This document shows, in pieces, positions 12,861-26,689 of a stretch of 64,000 bases of DNA. Position numbers and translations under genes: made by a program. Position 1 is the first letter of the stretch, and each line of letters begins with the position of its first letter. Location: assembly GCF_035084215.1 (NCBI RefSeq), contig NC_090340.1, positions 5,022,001 to 5,086,000 of the forward strand. The letters are read 5' to 3'. This stretch comes from Heptranchias perlo. Taxonomy: Eukaryota. The notes under the pieces are model-generated. The model was not told the DNA's origin. It searched no databases and saw only the letters and a list, made by a program, of their open reading frames with translations.

Positions 12861-15800
12861 ATGAAATCTTCTCTTAGCCTTCTCTGTACTGCTGTGGAAA
12901 CAGTTCCACTCTCACGTGTTCCCTTATTACTATAGGTTTTCAAAACTGGTATCCTCCTAGTAAATCTGCACTATACGCTATCTCAGGCTTTCATGTTCTT
13001 TCTATAAAACTGAACACAATACTCGAACTGTGGCATAAGCAATACCTGTGATGAATTTTTCATTAGTTGTTTGGTTTTGTACTCCATATCCGTATTTTTA
13101 AAATCTGAAGTGTAATGAGCCCTTTAATGGCTTTATCTACCGACTGTACTTGTATTTTCAAAGAATTTTACATTTGAACACCCTTCAGCATCATTTCATT
13201 GATGTGTTTCATTACTTCTTTTATCTCCAAAAGTGCAATACCCTCATTTTTTTTGCATTAAGTTGCATCTGCCACCTGTTCGCCCATTCTCCTAACCTGT
13301 CATGTATTTTCTTACGACTCACTGTTCGATAACCCTTTGACTTTTGGCAATGGGCTTCCTATGCCCGTTGAAATCATTATATATATAATATATATGTAGG
13401 GTAATTTTCACCTTCTCTGCCTGGCTAGTAAACTGGCAGAGTACAGTCCACCCCTCCCTTCCCCCCACCGTTGGCAACGATGTCATCAGCCGCCTCGGCC
13501 CCACTCTGAAATTCGTTCTGTAATCTCTCCATCCCCCCATCTCCCTTTCCTGCTTTAAGACTATCCTTAAAACCCGTTTCTTTGACCAAACATTTGGTCA
13601 CCCCTCCTAGTCTGCTTCTTTGGCTCAGTGTCCCACATGGCATCAACAGCTGGTTACAATGTAAAATTCTTCATATGCACAGAAAATATCAAGCTGGGAA
13701 TACTGTTCAGGAAACTACAAGTTGAACACCTTCATTTCAGCAAGCTGGCTAATGGTAACGGAGTAAAGGTACAATTTAATGCTCGGTGATAGATCACTGG
13801 GGGAAATCTGACACAAATAGAAAGAAAAGGTGCCCTTCTGTTTGACAGTCCCGCAGCCAACCTAAATAGTGGATGACTGGATAAATGTTCAAACTGGTGT
13901 GGTACTGAGCTGCACAGGAGGAATCATGTTTCATCTGCAGTCTGTGCTGTTAGCTGATGTCAACTGGGACAGCAGTGGGATTCAGTGTCTCAGGCTAGGA
14001 ATTGGAGATGTCAGGCAGGGCTCTCGGGCCAGAGAGATTCATCGACAGTGTGGAGTGATATCTCAGGTCATTTGTCCATTCATGTCCTCAGCGGACATGT
14101 GCAGGGATAAACCTTTAACCAGGAGTCACAGCATGAGGTTGGGAACTTTGACTGACCTCCTCCTTCCAGAGCAGTAGTAACACCTCTACTGTTACCCCGG
14201 CTGATATCAGACTACACAGCACTGGCTGCAGATCGAGCCTGGTCTGTTTGGCTTGGTCAAGCTAATCACAGAGCCACTGAGGTGCCTTCATCCCACTTTC
14301 ACGAGGAATTTTTCGAACAGGAAACATTTGTTGGCGGTGCAGTCTCCATCAAAATGCCCCTTGCTGCTTTTAATCTGATCAGGTTTTGCACAATGGTGTC
14401 TATGCACCACTTGAATGCTGCACAGAACTGTTTGAATTGGCTCTCTTCTAACCAGCATTGTGACAGCAACCTGCTGTCGTGTGACAGAGACTCTCTCTCT
14501 CCAATCTCTCCCACATGCACATGGTATATAGAGACACACATGCACAAATCAAATATAGAAATTCAGAAGCAGAGAAAGCTGCGACCAGATAATATTAACG
14601 GGAAATAAAAGCATAAGTTGGAGAGAGGTCTCCTTCCCCCTCCCTCATTTCTGGAAAAAGAACATAGGAATATTTAGTACCTGTTGGAAAGTGTAATTGA
14701 AATTGTTACCTTACAGCCTCCCAGCAAGTCCAGTTTGCTTCCCTCTCTTGCTCTGGCTATTCGTCTTATTGCTATTCATGGGATCTTGCTATGCACAACA
14801 TAGACGGCATAACAATAGTCAATGCATTTTACTTTAAAATAATTGATTGCATGTGAAAAACTTTGAGGAGTTTCTAAGGGGTGGATGCTATATAAATTCG
14901 AGTCTTTGTTCCACTAATATAGGTTGCTGCATGCAACATGGAACTGGACCTGGAACTGTTGCATCATTTCAATGGAGGCTAAGACTTCGCACTGATACTG
15001 GAGCTTATCTGGGGGAACCTGACCGCAGGAAGCCCGTTATTCGCTAAGGTTACAACAGTTCCCAACCTCTGGTGTGACCTTCAGCAAATGATTCAGTCTT
15101 CGGCTGCTCCCACTGACTGCAATGGTGCTGCTCCAGGATACACACAGTGTCTGTTTGTGTAACAACTTTCCATTTTAACTGTTAGTCGTGTAAACCCAAC
15201 ATTCTAGAACATCTCATAGAAGCTGCCATTTTTCAGTGAGCCCAAGATCTGTGTTGGGAGAGTCTATACTGTTAACTTCAACAGCATGTTCTTTATTTAC
15301 TGTTACTAGTTACCTCAATGTTGTTGTTCAGGCAGAATCTCATTGCTTTCTGACATTCACTGACACTGCAGTACCTAACAATCAACCTCCTTAAGATCTG
15401 CTCAGTAGGTGCTGGGTTTAGCCCAGGTATGACTCAATCCAGCCTGTGTGCAGCCTATGGGACTGGAGTGGTCAGGAGGCATCTTCAAGGACAGCCCACT
15501 GTGCACTTCGCTCTGCAGCAACTCGAGCACACATCATGTCATCGCAGCTGACACTGTGATTGTTTTTTTTTTGTTTCCTATCCGAATGCTTCATCATTTA
15601 GTTCGTGAACAAACCATTCTAGATGTTGCATTGAGGTCACCGAGTAAACTCGCTGCACCAAAGGAACCGGCTGAGGGAGTTTGTATTCTGCTGCAATTCT
15701 CACTGGTGCTTTAATTATTCCTTCATTCTGTTTGTCTGCAATTTCTATATTAATTATCCTCCTGATCCTGAAGTGATAGGGGCTTCAATCATTACCATGA

Positions 15801-17029
15801 ACTTTCCTGCTTTCTATCTGGTGTTCTATCACAGGCTGCTCTGGTACGAATCATCCGGCTGATCCCAAAAAGTACAACTTTTGTTCGGGGTTCAATAGAA
15901 CAGATCTTGAAACAGCTACTGCTGCAATGGGCTCCTGACCTCGGCACCTCTTGTATTAAGCACGTTCAGCCTCTGCCCACCATCCTCAGACTCGGCAGCA
16001 GGTCCTCTTGACACCAGAGCAAGAGACTCTTTGACCTTACTTTTATTGTACAATTCTACATCCATCACTTCTGCGAGTGGATGTTCTTGGATTTTGGGTT
16101 CGTGCTGGGGCAAGTGTAATTTTAGCTATTTATAGAAACCAATAAATTTGGCCCTAATAAGATTCCCTGTAAGACTGCATCTGTCCTATGGTGCACATTA
16201 TGTTAGAGTTTAAAAAACCACGCTATAAAATTCTCTGCTGTCAGACAAGGAACCAAAGTAATGAGTGTGTATTGAATGGAACAGATGAGGAAAGTGACGG
16301 TCAAGGAAATAGTGAGACCAGCGCATTGCTGCAGTGGAAAGGTAAACACTGAACTGGTCTCCACTAGTAACATGAGATGATGTTTTAGTGCATATGGGGT
16401 TGGTCCAAGCCCAGCTGCAGCACTAGTCTCCATAACACAGGGAGATTAATGTCCTCAAGAGTTTAATATGACAGCAGGTAAGACCGATCACTGTGAAACA
16501 GGCTGGGATTTAATCACATAACATTTCTATGGAGGAGGCAGTCAGTGACTTGATCCGTAAACGCTGCATTCATTCAAAAAACGGGTTTAATTAGTCTGCT
16601 GAAGACATAAATGAAGACAGAACAGAGCAGAGTGAATATGGTAATACCACAATTGATACATTGGTTGGGGGTTTGCACGTGTCTGTCCCCGGACGATCGC
16701 AGGCCGCTGAGCGGACGCAAACCCCAAACATCCTGTGATCTAACCCGTTAGCGCTGTAACTGTGATCTTTCTTACAGAGAATCCCTGGAGTTCTCAGTTA
16801 ACACAGCTCTGGAACCCATCCTGGGAAACAATGAGTGACAGGGTACCCAGGGACTAGAAACACCGTCCAGGGAACCGCTTGTGGTGGATTGAGTACTGGG
16901 GAGAGTCACTGTAGGAAAGGAACCGATTCTAAACATCCAAACACTGACATCCTTGGAGGAACCAACTGAAAGAATAATTCATGCAGGAAATTCCAGAACC
17001 TCCAACCTAATCCATTGCGTTCAACACTA

Positions 17030-17552
17030 TTTCTCCATTGTGAATTCACTGGAGCTGGATCTAGTCATTCGACTGGACAAACACTGAACATTACAGCGAT
17101 TTCTGGCTGTTGTGAATTCCGTGACGGCTGGTCAAGCATCCAGATGTATTAATGTGCTTTTTGCACCCTGTACACTCGAACAGTTTCTCTCCGGTGTGAA
17201 CTCGCAGTTGCATTTTCAGAAGGCGGGGCCAGTTGAAGCCGCCCCCTTCCTCAGGGACAGACCCCTACTGGTTGGGTGCAGGATTCTTAACTGAACCAGT
17301 TCCAGGAGTCACCGCTGATCCAGGCTGATCTTTTACTAACATTTCCGCTTCTTTCACTATTTCCACGTTGGTTCTTTGTCCCAGATTCTCTGAGCAATCT
17401 CCGTCTCGCAAACCTGAACACAAAGAACATGTGAATCCGTAAACACCCTGTGGGTTCTCAGGTACGACAAAACCCCAACACTGTGTCGGCACTAGCCTCA
17501 AACAAGCATCCCCTACCATTACTGATAACAGCCGCTCTTGGGGACTATCCAA
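17030..17552 (-). pseudogene. Decayed C2H2 zinc-finger exon
   Basis: One frame reads ...GGGFNWPRLLKMQLRVHTGEKLFECTGCKKHINTSGCLTSRHGIHNSQKSL*CSVF...*IHNGE: HTGEK linker, CxxC, lost ligands and stops. Confidence 0.75.
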
Positions 17553-17829
17553 GGGCTTTACTTACACCACAACTGTAGGCTCTGTGTGAAGCAGCAGTTA
17601 TCGTGTAAATGAAACCTGAATCCAGAGTCAGGGCCCAGCTGACACTGAAACAATGGTGGCCGAGATTCCCTGGAAGAGCGAGTCTCATTCGGCTTTGCTT
17701 CAAATTCATCTTGAGCCTTAATACCCAATTTGTACTTCGCAAGCTTGACATCAGAGGGATGCTAAAACCGATTTGCACTGATGCCAACTTGCAGTGCAAC
17801 TGCACCCTTAAGGAATAAAAAGGCCACAT

Positions 17830-20800
17830 ACTCCTTGGAAAATAAGAGTCTAAATGGGGTAGAGTTGTAAAGGGATCTAGAGATACAGATTCACAATTCA
17901 TTAACACAGGTTAACAATGCCATAAAATTGCAAAGAAAGAACAGGGCTTCATTTCGAAAGGAAGAGAATTGAAAAACAGAGAAGTTATGTTTAACTTGTA
18001 CAGAACTTGGTTGGACCACATTCTGTACAGTCCAGGTCTAAATATTACAATAAGTTATGGAGGCACTGGATAAAGTGCAAAAAAAAGATTTGCAAGGATG
18101 ATACCAGAACTGAGATGGTACAACTATCAGGATTTAATCATGGGCGATGAGCCAGATTTAGCTAACAGCCTAAAGGTGTGCGAACATTTATCTAATGGCG
18201 ATCATAATATAATCAAGCTTAACGTTGTATTTGAAAGGGAGAAACCCGTATCAGCTACTAAGATTCGAAATTTAGGTAAGGCTGATTTTAATGGGATGAG
18301 ACAGAGGCTGTCTACAGCAAACTGGGAAAACCTGTTAATGGGTAAAACTAGAGAAAATCAGTTCGAGGTGTTCAAAAAAGAATTTAACGTGATATCGAAC
18401 CAGTTTATAACCCGAAGGGACAAAAGCTCTACTTGCCAAAAAAAAACAGCAATGGACGACAAAAGAGGTAAGAGACAACATCAAACTAAAAGCAGAAGTG
18501 TACACAAATGCAAAAAAAAAGCACAGATCCTGGCGACTGGGAGAAATACAAAGAGCAGAAAAGGGTGACAAAACAGATAGTAACAGCTACAAAGAGGGAG
18601 TATGAAAAGAAACTTGCAATGGATATCAAAATCAACACAAAAAGTACAATTATATTAGGAAAAAGAGGGTGGTCAAGAGCACTGCGGGCCCCTTAAAAAC
18701 TTATAAAGATGATATTGTAAATGAAAATAAGTAAATGGTGGACATGTTAGGTCATTATTGTGCGTCAGCATTTGCAGTGGAGGAAGAGGATAGCATGCCA
18801 GATATCCCAAGGAAACTAATTTTGAATCAGGGACAGGGACTTACCATAATTAATGTAAGCTAATTAACAGTAATGATGAAAATAATGGCACAAAAGAGTG
18901 GCAAATCCCGAGGACCAGGTGGTTTTCATCCCATGATTTAAAGGAAGTAGGTGAGAACATTGCAGATACCCTAACTATAATTTTCCAACGTTCTATCGAT
19001 TCAGGGACAGTTCCTTTAGATTACAAAATTGCACGTCACTCCGCTATTTAATAAAGGTGAGAGAGGAAAACCAGGGAATTATAGACCAGTTAGCCTAACA
19101 TCTGTTGTCCGGAAATTACTAGAATCTATAATTAAGGATAGAGTGACTGAACAACTTTACATTTTTCAGTTGATCAGAGAGAGCCAGCATGGATTTGTAA
19201 AGGGTAGGTCATGCCTAACGAACCTGATTGAATTTTTTGAACCGGTGACTAAAGTAGTGGACAGAGTAAGTCTATTGATGTTGTTTACATAGACTTCCAG
19301 GAAGCATTCAATAAAGTGCCTCATAAGAGAATGTTAGCTAAAGTTGAAGCTCACAGAATTGAGGGCAAATTTTGGACCTGGTTAGGAAATTGGATATGCA
19401 ACTGGAGACAGAGAGTAAAGATAATGGGCAGATACTCACATTGGCAGGATGTGACTCGTGGTGTCCCACAGGGATCTGTGTTGCGGTGTCAACTGTTCAC
19501 TGTATTTGTTAACGACTTAGATGACGAGATAGAGAGCCTCATATCCAAGTTTGCCGATGACAAAGATAGGCAGCATTGTAAGCAGTGTAGAAAGCAGCAT
19601 TAAATTACAGAGAGATATTAATAGATTAAGTAAATGGGCAAAACTGTGGCAAATGGATTTCAACGTAGGCAAGTGTGAGGTCCTCCACTTTGGATATAAA
19701 AAAAGATAGATCAGAGTACTTTCTAAATGGTGAAAAGCTCGAAACAGTGAAGGTCCAAAGACACGTAGAGGTCCATGTACATAGATCATTGAAATGTCAT
19801 GGACATGTCGAAAATAATCAAAAAGGCTAATGGAATGCTGGCGTTTATATCTAGAAGTCCAGAATACAAAGTGGTCGAAGTTATAGTACAGCTTTTCCAA
19901 AGCCCTGGTTAGAACATAACTGAAGTATTTTATTCAGTTCCAGACACCACACTTTAGGAAGTATATATTGGTCTTGACGGGAGTGCAGCATAAATTTACT
20001 AGAATGATACCTGGACTCCAAGGGCTAAATTACGAGGAAAAATTACAAAAACTAGGGTTGTATTCCCTGGAATTAAAAAAATTAAGGGGTGATCAGATCG
20101 AAGTTTAAGATATTAAAGAGAACTGATAGGGTAAATTTGGAAAAAATGTTTCCGCTGGTTGGGGAGTCCAGGACGAGAGGACATTGCCTAAAAATTAGAG
20201 CCAGTTAGGTGAAGTTAGGAATCACTTCTACACGCAAACGGTGTTAAAAGTTTGGAACTCTCCTTTGCAAACCGCAGTTGATGCTAGCTCAATTGTTAAT
20301 TTTAGATCTGAGGTTGATAGATTTTTATTAACCAAAGATATTAAGGGGATATCGGGCTAAGGCCAATATGGGGTTAGGTCACAGATTAGCCATGATCTCA
20401 CTGAATGGCGGAACAGGCTCGAGTGGTTAACTGGTCTACTACTATTCCTGTGAAAGACTGAACAAGCCGGAGCTCTTCTCTCGAAAAGAGAAGACTGAGA
20501 GGTGACCAGATAGATGTCTTTAAATTATGAAGGGGTTTGAGAGGGTAGACGTAGATAGGATGCGTCCACTTGTGGAGGAGTCCAAAACTTGGGGCCATAA
20601 ATATAAGATAGTCACCAATAAATCCAAAGGTAATTCAGGAGCGACTTCGTTACTCAGAGAATGGTGAGAACGTGGAACTTGCTACCACATGGGATTGGTT
20701 GAGGCGAATAGCTTAAATACATTTAAGGGAAAGCTAGATAAGTACAGGAGGGATAAAGGAATGGAAGGGTATGTTGATAGGATTAGTTGAAAGTGGGAGG

Positions 20801-20870
20801 AAGCTCGTGTGGAGCATATACACCGACATAGACCGTTTGGACTTAATGGGCTGTTGCTGTGCTGTAAATT
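17830..20870 (+). mobile_element. Decayed, composite CR1 LINE(s) (EN end and RT)
   Basis: GNYRPVSLTSVV, SQHGFVKGRSCLTNL, GVPQGSVL, FADD; multiple frameshifts; two tandem 3' ends. Confidence 0.88.
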
Positions 20871-21289
20871 CTATGCAGTAATGACACCATCCATTGCAGA
20901 ACACATATATCTCCCTGATATAATCATGGACACGCTTTAAGCAGGGCCAGTTAATGAAGCTCTGTCACAGTGCTACATCTCTTCCATATACAGTGGGATG
21001 GGGTAAAATCATTCAATGCTTCACTAAATGGAATGAAACCGAATCAGTAAAATTAATGGAGCGAGAATGTAAAGTGAGAGCTCATTCAAGCAGCATCAAC
21101 GTCGACCGGCAGCACCAACACTGGCACTGACCAGCAAAACCAAAATCGACTAGCAGCAACACCGACCAGCTGGGCAGCACCGACAACCGACTGCACACCA
21201 CCAGCACCGACAAGCACACCACCAGCACCGACAATAGACGACCAGCACCACCAGCGAGAGGCCGAACTGTGCTCAGGCGCGATCTCTGC

Positions 21290-21540
21290 CAACAACCAAT
21301 CCGCTCGTCCCTCTCTATCCAGCCTGTTTTCTCTAACGGACGAAGTTAACCCGTGACCGTCCCTGGGCCGGAAGTGTCTGTTCCAGGGGAACCGGCGGCC
21401 TCTCATTGACTCCGGGAGACCGCACCCCAGACCCGCGTTTCTCTTCCAACCCGACAGCGTGCGTCTGACGTCAGCGGTCAGTGCTGCTCACTGATTTGCT
21501 CAGTTGCGCACAATCATTTTAGCCAACCAGCATCGTCGAA
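21290..21540. promoter_or_regulatory. CpG-rich promoter-like island with ETS (CCGGAAGTG), CRE (TGACGTCA) and CCAAT motifs
   Basis: CCAAT at ~21296, CCGGAAGTG at ~21368, TGACGTCA at ~21466; CpG retained in otherwise CpG-poor DNA. Confidence 0.45.
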
Positions 21541-21849
21541 CTTTTTTTCATTCAATGCTTTTGGCGGAGTGGAGGTCGCAGGGACTGGAGTGCATCATCC
21601 AGACAGATAATAACATTTTGGTTTCATTAATTTAGTATTGACCAGTCAAGATGAGATGGGTTAAAGCCCAGTGTCATCGTTGGAGGAGCACGTTTGTGTA
21701 TAACCCTCCCCCTTTTAAGAACATAAGAAATAGGAGCAGGAGTAGGCCACACGGCCCCTCGAGTCTGCTCCACCATTCAATCAGATCATGGCTGATTTTC
21801 GACCTCAACTCCACTTTCCCTCCCAATCCCTATATCCCTTGATTACAGG

Positions 21850-24800
21850 AGAGAACATAAGAACATAAGAAATTGGAGCAGGAGTAGGCCAATCGGCCGC
21901 TCGAGCCTGCTCCGCCATTCAATAAGATCATGGCTGATCTGATCCCAACCACAAATCTAAAGAACACAAGAAGTCGGAGCAGGACCCGGCCACATAGCCC
22001 CTGGGCCCTCTCCGCCACCCACAGGGCATTGACCGATCCGAACTCAGCTTCATGTCCAATTTCCTGCCCGCTCCCCATAACCCCGAATTCCCTTTACTTC
22101 TAGGAAACTGTCTATTTCTGTTTTAAATTTATCTAATGATGTAGCTTCCACAGCTTCCTGGGGCAGCAAATTCCACAGACCTACCACCCTCTGAGTGAAG
22201 AAGTTTCTCCTCATCTCAGTTTTGAAAGAGCAGCCCCTTATTCTAAGATTATGCCCCCTAGTTCTAGTTTCACCCATCTTTGGGAACATCCTTACTGCAT
22301 CCACCCGATCAAGACCCTTCACAATCTTATATGTTTCAATAAGATCGCCTCTCATTCTTCTGAACTCCAATGAGTAGAGTCCCAATCTACTCAACCTCTC
22401 CTCATATGTCCGCCCCCTCATCCCCGGGATTAACCGAGTGAACCTTCTTTGTACTGCCTCGAGAGCAAGTATGTCTTTTCTTAAGTATGGAGACCAAAAC
22501 TGTATGCAGTATTCCAGGTGCGGTCTCACCAATACCTTATATAACTGCAGCAATACCTCCTTGTTTTTATATTCTATCCCCCTAGCAATAAAAGCCAACA
22601 TTCCGTTGGCTTTCTTGATCACCTGCTGCACCTGCATACCAACTTTTTGATTTTCTTGCACTAGGACCCCCAGATCCCTTTGTACTGCAGTACTTTCCAG
22701 TCTCTCGCCATTAAGAAAATAACTTGCTCTCTGATTTTTCCTGCCAAAGTGCATAACCTCACATTTTCCAATATTATATTGCATCTGCCAAATCTCCGCC
22801 CACTCACCCAGCCTGTCTATATCCCCTTGCAGGTTTTTTATGTCCTCCTCACTCTCTACTTTCCCTCCCATCTTTGTATCATCTGCAAATTTTGATATGT
22901 TGCACTCGGTCCCCTCCTCCAAATCGTTAATATAGATTGTAAAGAGTTGGGGACCCAGCACCGACCCCTGTGGAACACCACTGGTTACTGGTTGCCAGTC
23001 CGAAAATGAACCATTTATCCCAACTCTCTGCTTCCTGTTCGATAACCAATCCTCCACCCATGCCAGAATATTACCCCCAATCCCGTGATTTTTTATCTTA
23101 AGTAATAATCTTTTATGTGGCACCTTGTCGAATGCCTTCTGGAAGTCTAAATACACTATGTCCACTGGTTCCCCTTTATCCACCCTATACGTTATATCCT
23201 CGAAGAACTCAAGCAAATTTGTCAGACATGACTTCCCCTTCATAAAGCCATGCTGACTTTGTCCTATTAAATTATGCTTATCTAAATGTTCCGTTACTGT
23301 CTCCTTAATAATAGACTCCAAAATTTTACCCACCACAGATGTTAAGCTAACTGGCCTATAATTTCCAGCCTTCTGCCTACTACCCTTTTTAAATAACGGT
23401 GTTACATTAGCAGTTTTCCAATCTGCCGGGACCTCTCCTGAGTCCAGGGAATTTTGGAAAACTATCACCAAAGCATCCACAATCCCTACTGCCACTTCCC
23501 TCAAGACCCTAGGATGGAAGCCATCAGGTCCAGGGGATTTATCCGCCTTGAGTCCCATTATTTTACTGAGTACCATCTCCTGAGTGATTTTAATCGTATT
23601 TAGCTCCTCCCCCCCGAGAGTCCCCTGTTTGTCCAGTGTTGGGATATTCTTAGTGTCCTCTACTGTAAAGACTGAAACAAAATATTTGTTCAGCATTTTT
23701 GCCATCTCCATGTTTCCCACCATTAATTTCCCGGTCTCATCCTCTAAGGGACCTATGTTTGCCTTAGCCACCCTTTTTCTTTTTATATAACTATAGAAAC
23801 TCTTGCTATCTGTTTTTATATTTTTTGCTCATTTCTTTTCATAATCTAACTTCCCTTTCTTAATCAATCCTTTAGTTACTTTTTGCTGTCTTTTGAAGAA
23901 TTCCCAATCTTCTATCCTCCCACTAAGTTTGGCTACCTTATATGTCCTTGTTTTTAGTCGGATACCATCCTTGATTTCTTTACTTAGCCACGGATGGCTG
24001 TCATTTCTTTTACACCCTTTTTTCCTCAGTGGAATATATTTATTTTGAAAGTTGTAAAATAACTCCCTAAATGAACACCACTGCTCATGCACCGTCTTAC
24101 CCTTTAATCTATTTTCCCAGTCCACTTTAATCAATTCCGCTCTCATACCATCATAGTCTCCTTTATTCAAGCTCAGTACGCTTGTTTGAGAATCAACCTT
24201 CTCACCCTCTAATTGGATATGGAATTCAACCATGTTGTGGTCGCTCGTTCCAAGGGGATCCTTAACTAGGACATTATTAATTAATCCTGACTCATTACAC
24301 AGGACCAGGTCCAAGGTTGCCTGCCCCCTTGTAGGATCAGTTACATACTGCTCAAGAAATCCATCCCTGATGCACTCAATGAACTCGTCCTCAAGGCTGC
24401 TCTGCCCAATTTGATTTGTCCAGTTAATATGATAATTAAAATCCCCCATAATTATGGCTGTTCCCTTATTACATGCCCCGACTATCTCCTGATTAATACT
24501 TCTTCCAGCAGAGTTGCAACTATTAGGAGGCCTATATACTACGCCCACTAATGTTTTTTTTCCCTTATTATTCCTTATCTCCACCCAAACTGTTTCATTA
24601 TCTTGATGCTTTGTCCCAATAGCATTTCTCTGTATTACAGTGATTCCTTCCTTTATTAACATAGCCAGCCCACCTCCCCTTCCTTCCTGCCTGTCCTTCC
24701 TGATTGTTAAATACCCTGGCATATTTAATTCCCAGTCGTTGTCACCCTGCAGCCATGTTTCTGTAATGGCCACAAGATCATACCCATACGTAGTTATTTG

Positions 24801-24910
24801 TGCCGTTAACTCGTCCATTTTATTACGAATGCTACGTGCATTCAGATAAAGAACTTTCAAATCTGTTTTGTGACGCTTAGTTCCTGCTTTTTCCTTTTTT
24901 AACACTTTAC
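21850..24910 (-). mobile_element. Near-intact CR1 LINE ORF2 (APE endonuclease + RT) with a single premature stop
   Basis: ORFs 23829-24905 and 22050-23771 are in the same frame, separated by one TGA; YLNARSIRNK, MGDFNY, SDHN, FADD; (TTCTTATG)n tail. Confidence 0.96.
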
Positions 24911-25759
24911 CAAAAGTCTATCCATATCTCTACCGTGAATATACTCAACGACTTAGCATTTTAAGAGGCTTAAATAATAAAAAAAAAACTTTTGGTGGGA
25001 GGACCGTGTTTGGTGATAGTGCTGAACCATGGAGAGGCTAGCCAATGAGATGGGCTGGTAGGTATTGCTGGAGACTGCAGTGTTTGAATTTGGGCTCCGT
25101 GGAGAATTGAACTGGAGGAGATAGTGATGGAGGCAAAGGCTGTGTGATTGGAAGTCAGCAAAGATCATGTGGAGCACATGGCAATAACAGATAGATGGAA
25201 GCAAAGAAGTTTACATGCAAGTTACACAACGGAAAGAGGCCGTTCGGCCCAACCAGTACATATCGGCGTTTATCCTCCACGCAAGCAAATCGTCCTAATC
25301 ATAGTTACCCGCCCTGTTACCAGATCCCTTCACCCCCCTCTTCTCCAATGTTTTCATCAGCAGAGTGCCAGAGGTGCATAAAATAGGCATGAAGATGCCA
25401 GTAATGGTCAAAGTGTCGTTGCCTGACAGCCCATGAATTTTGTAACTAATGTGATCAGAATGATTTTACCCAAAAGTTATGTGTTTTTTTTAACAAAGTT
25501 TGAGTTATTATTTTGCATTTCTGCGGCTAAAGCCCAATTTGGTTGCTGAATTGTGTCAGCTGGTTTAGGTAGTAGAAACTTCAACATAAGTGCGGGTTCT
25601 CGGAGCAGTTTAGCCAGCCACATATCAGTGTCCAGCTTATCTCTGCTCCAATTTGAATCTGTAATGAATTTAACTAAAGATTTTGTTGCTAACAGCAGCT
25701 TTGCAAAAGCATTCTCATTATATTAATTCCGGTAACATTCTGCTGCGACTGCAATTTTA

Positions 25760-26000
25760 TATTCTTGGTGTATGGGCGTCACTGGCAAGGCCAGCATTTA
25801 TTGCCCATTCCTAGTTGCCTTGAGAAGGTGATAGTGAGCCTTCTTCTTGAACTGCTGCAGTCTGTGTGGCGAGAGTGCTCCCACAGCATTGTTAGGTAGA
25901 GGGTTCCAGGATTTTGAACCAGCGACAATGAAGGAACAGCGATTTCCATCCAAGTGAGGATGGTGTGTGACGTGGAGGGGATCTTGGAGGCGATGGTGAA
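25760..26000 (-). mobile_element. LINE family A 3' end
   Basis: SFIVAGSKSWNPLPN...HHLLK and tail. Confidence 0.85.
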
Positions 26001-26054
26001 TGAACTCATGCAACCAGTCCTTGCATTCAGCACAATTTCTGTCAATTTTGGTCA

Positions 26055-26150
26055 GTACGGTAGTGTACTGTTTATGTTACTGGACTAGTAATCCAGAGAA
26101 CGTAAATTCCAATCTCACTGTGGCAGTTTGAGAATTTTAATTCAGTTTAA
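26055..26150 (+). mobile_element. tRNA-derived SINE head (degenerate)
   Basis: GGTAGTGTACTG...ACTGGACTAGTAATCCAGAG...AATTCCAATCTCAC resembles tRNA A/B boxes; apparent continuation at ~26630-26685. Confidence 0.5.
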
Positions 26151-26630
26151 ACTCTGGTGCCTGTATCCTAACTCGCACCAAGTAACGTTCACCCATCACC
26201 CCTGTGCTCGTTGACTTACATTGGCTCCGGTTCAGCAGCGCCTCGATTTTAAAATTCTCATGCTCGTGTTCAAATCATTTCAGGGTCTCGCCCCTCCTTA
26301 TCTCTGTAACCTCCTCCAGCCCTACAACCCTCCAACAACTCTGCGTTCCTCCAACTCTGGTCTCTTGTGCATCCACACTTCCTTCGCTCCACTACTGGTG
26401 GCGATGCCTTCAGCCGTCTAGGCACTAAGTTCTGGAATTCCCTCCCTAAACCTTTCTGTCTCTCCTTTAAGACGCTGCTTAAAACATATCTCATTGACCA
26501 AGCGTTTGGTCACCTGTCCTAATGTCTCTTTCTTGGCTCGGTGTAAATTTTATTCTAATAATGCTCCTGTGAAGTACCTTGGGACGTTTTAGTATGTTAA
26601 TGGCGCTATAAAAATGCAAGTTGTTGTGAA
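26150..26630 (+). mobile_element. L2 LINE 3' end
   Basis: PITPVLVDLHW; QRLDFKILMLVFKS; APPYL; WNSLP; L2-type tail. Confidence 0.85.
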
Positions 26631-26689
26631 AAAATCTGGAACTAGAAAGCTGGTATCAGTAAAAGTGACCATGAAGCAATCAGATTAAA

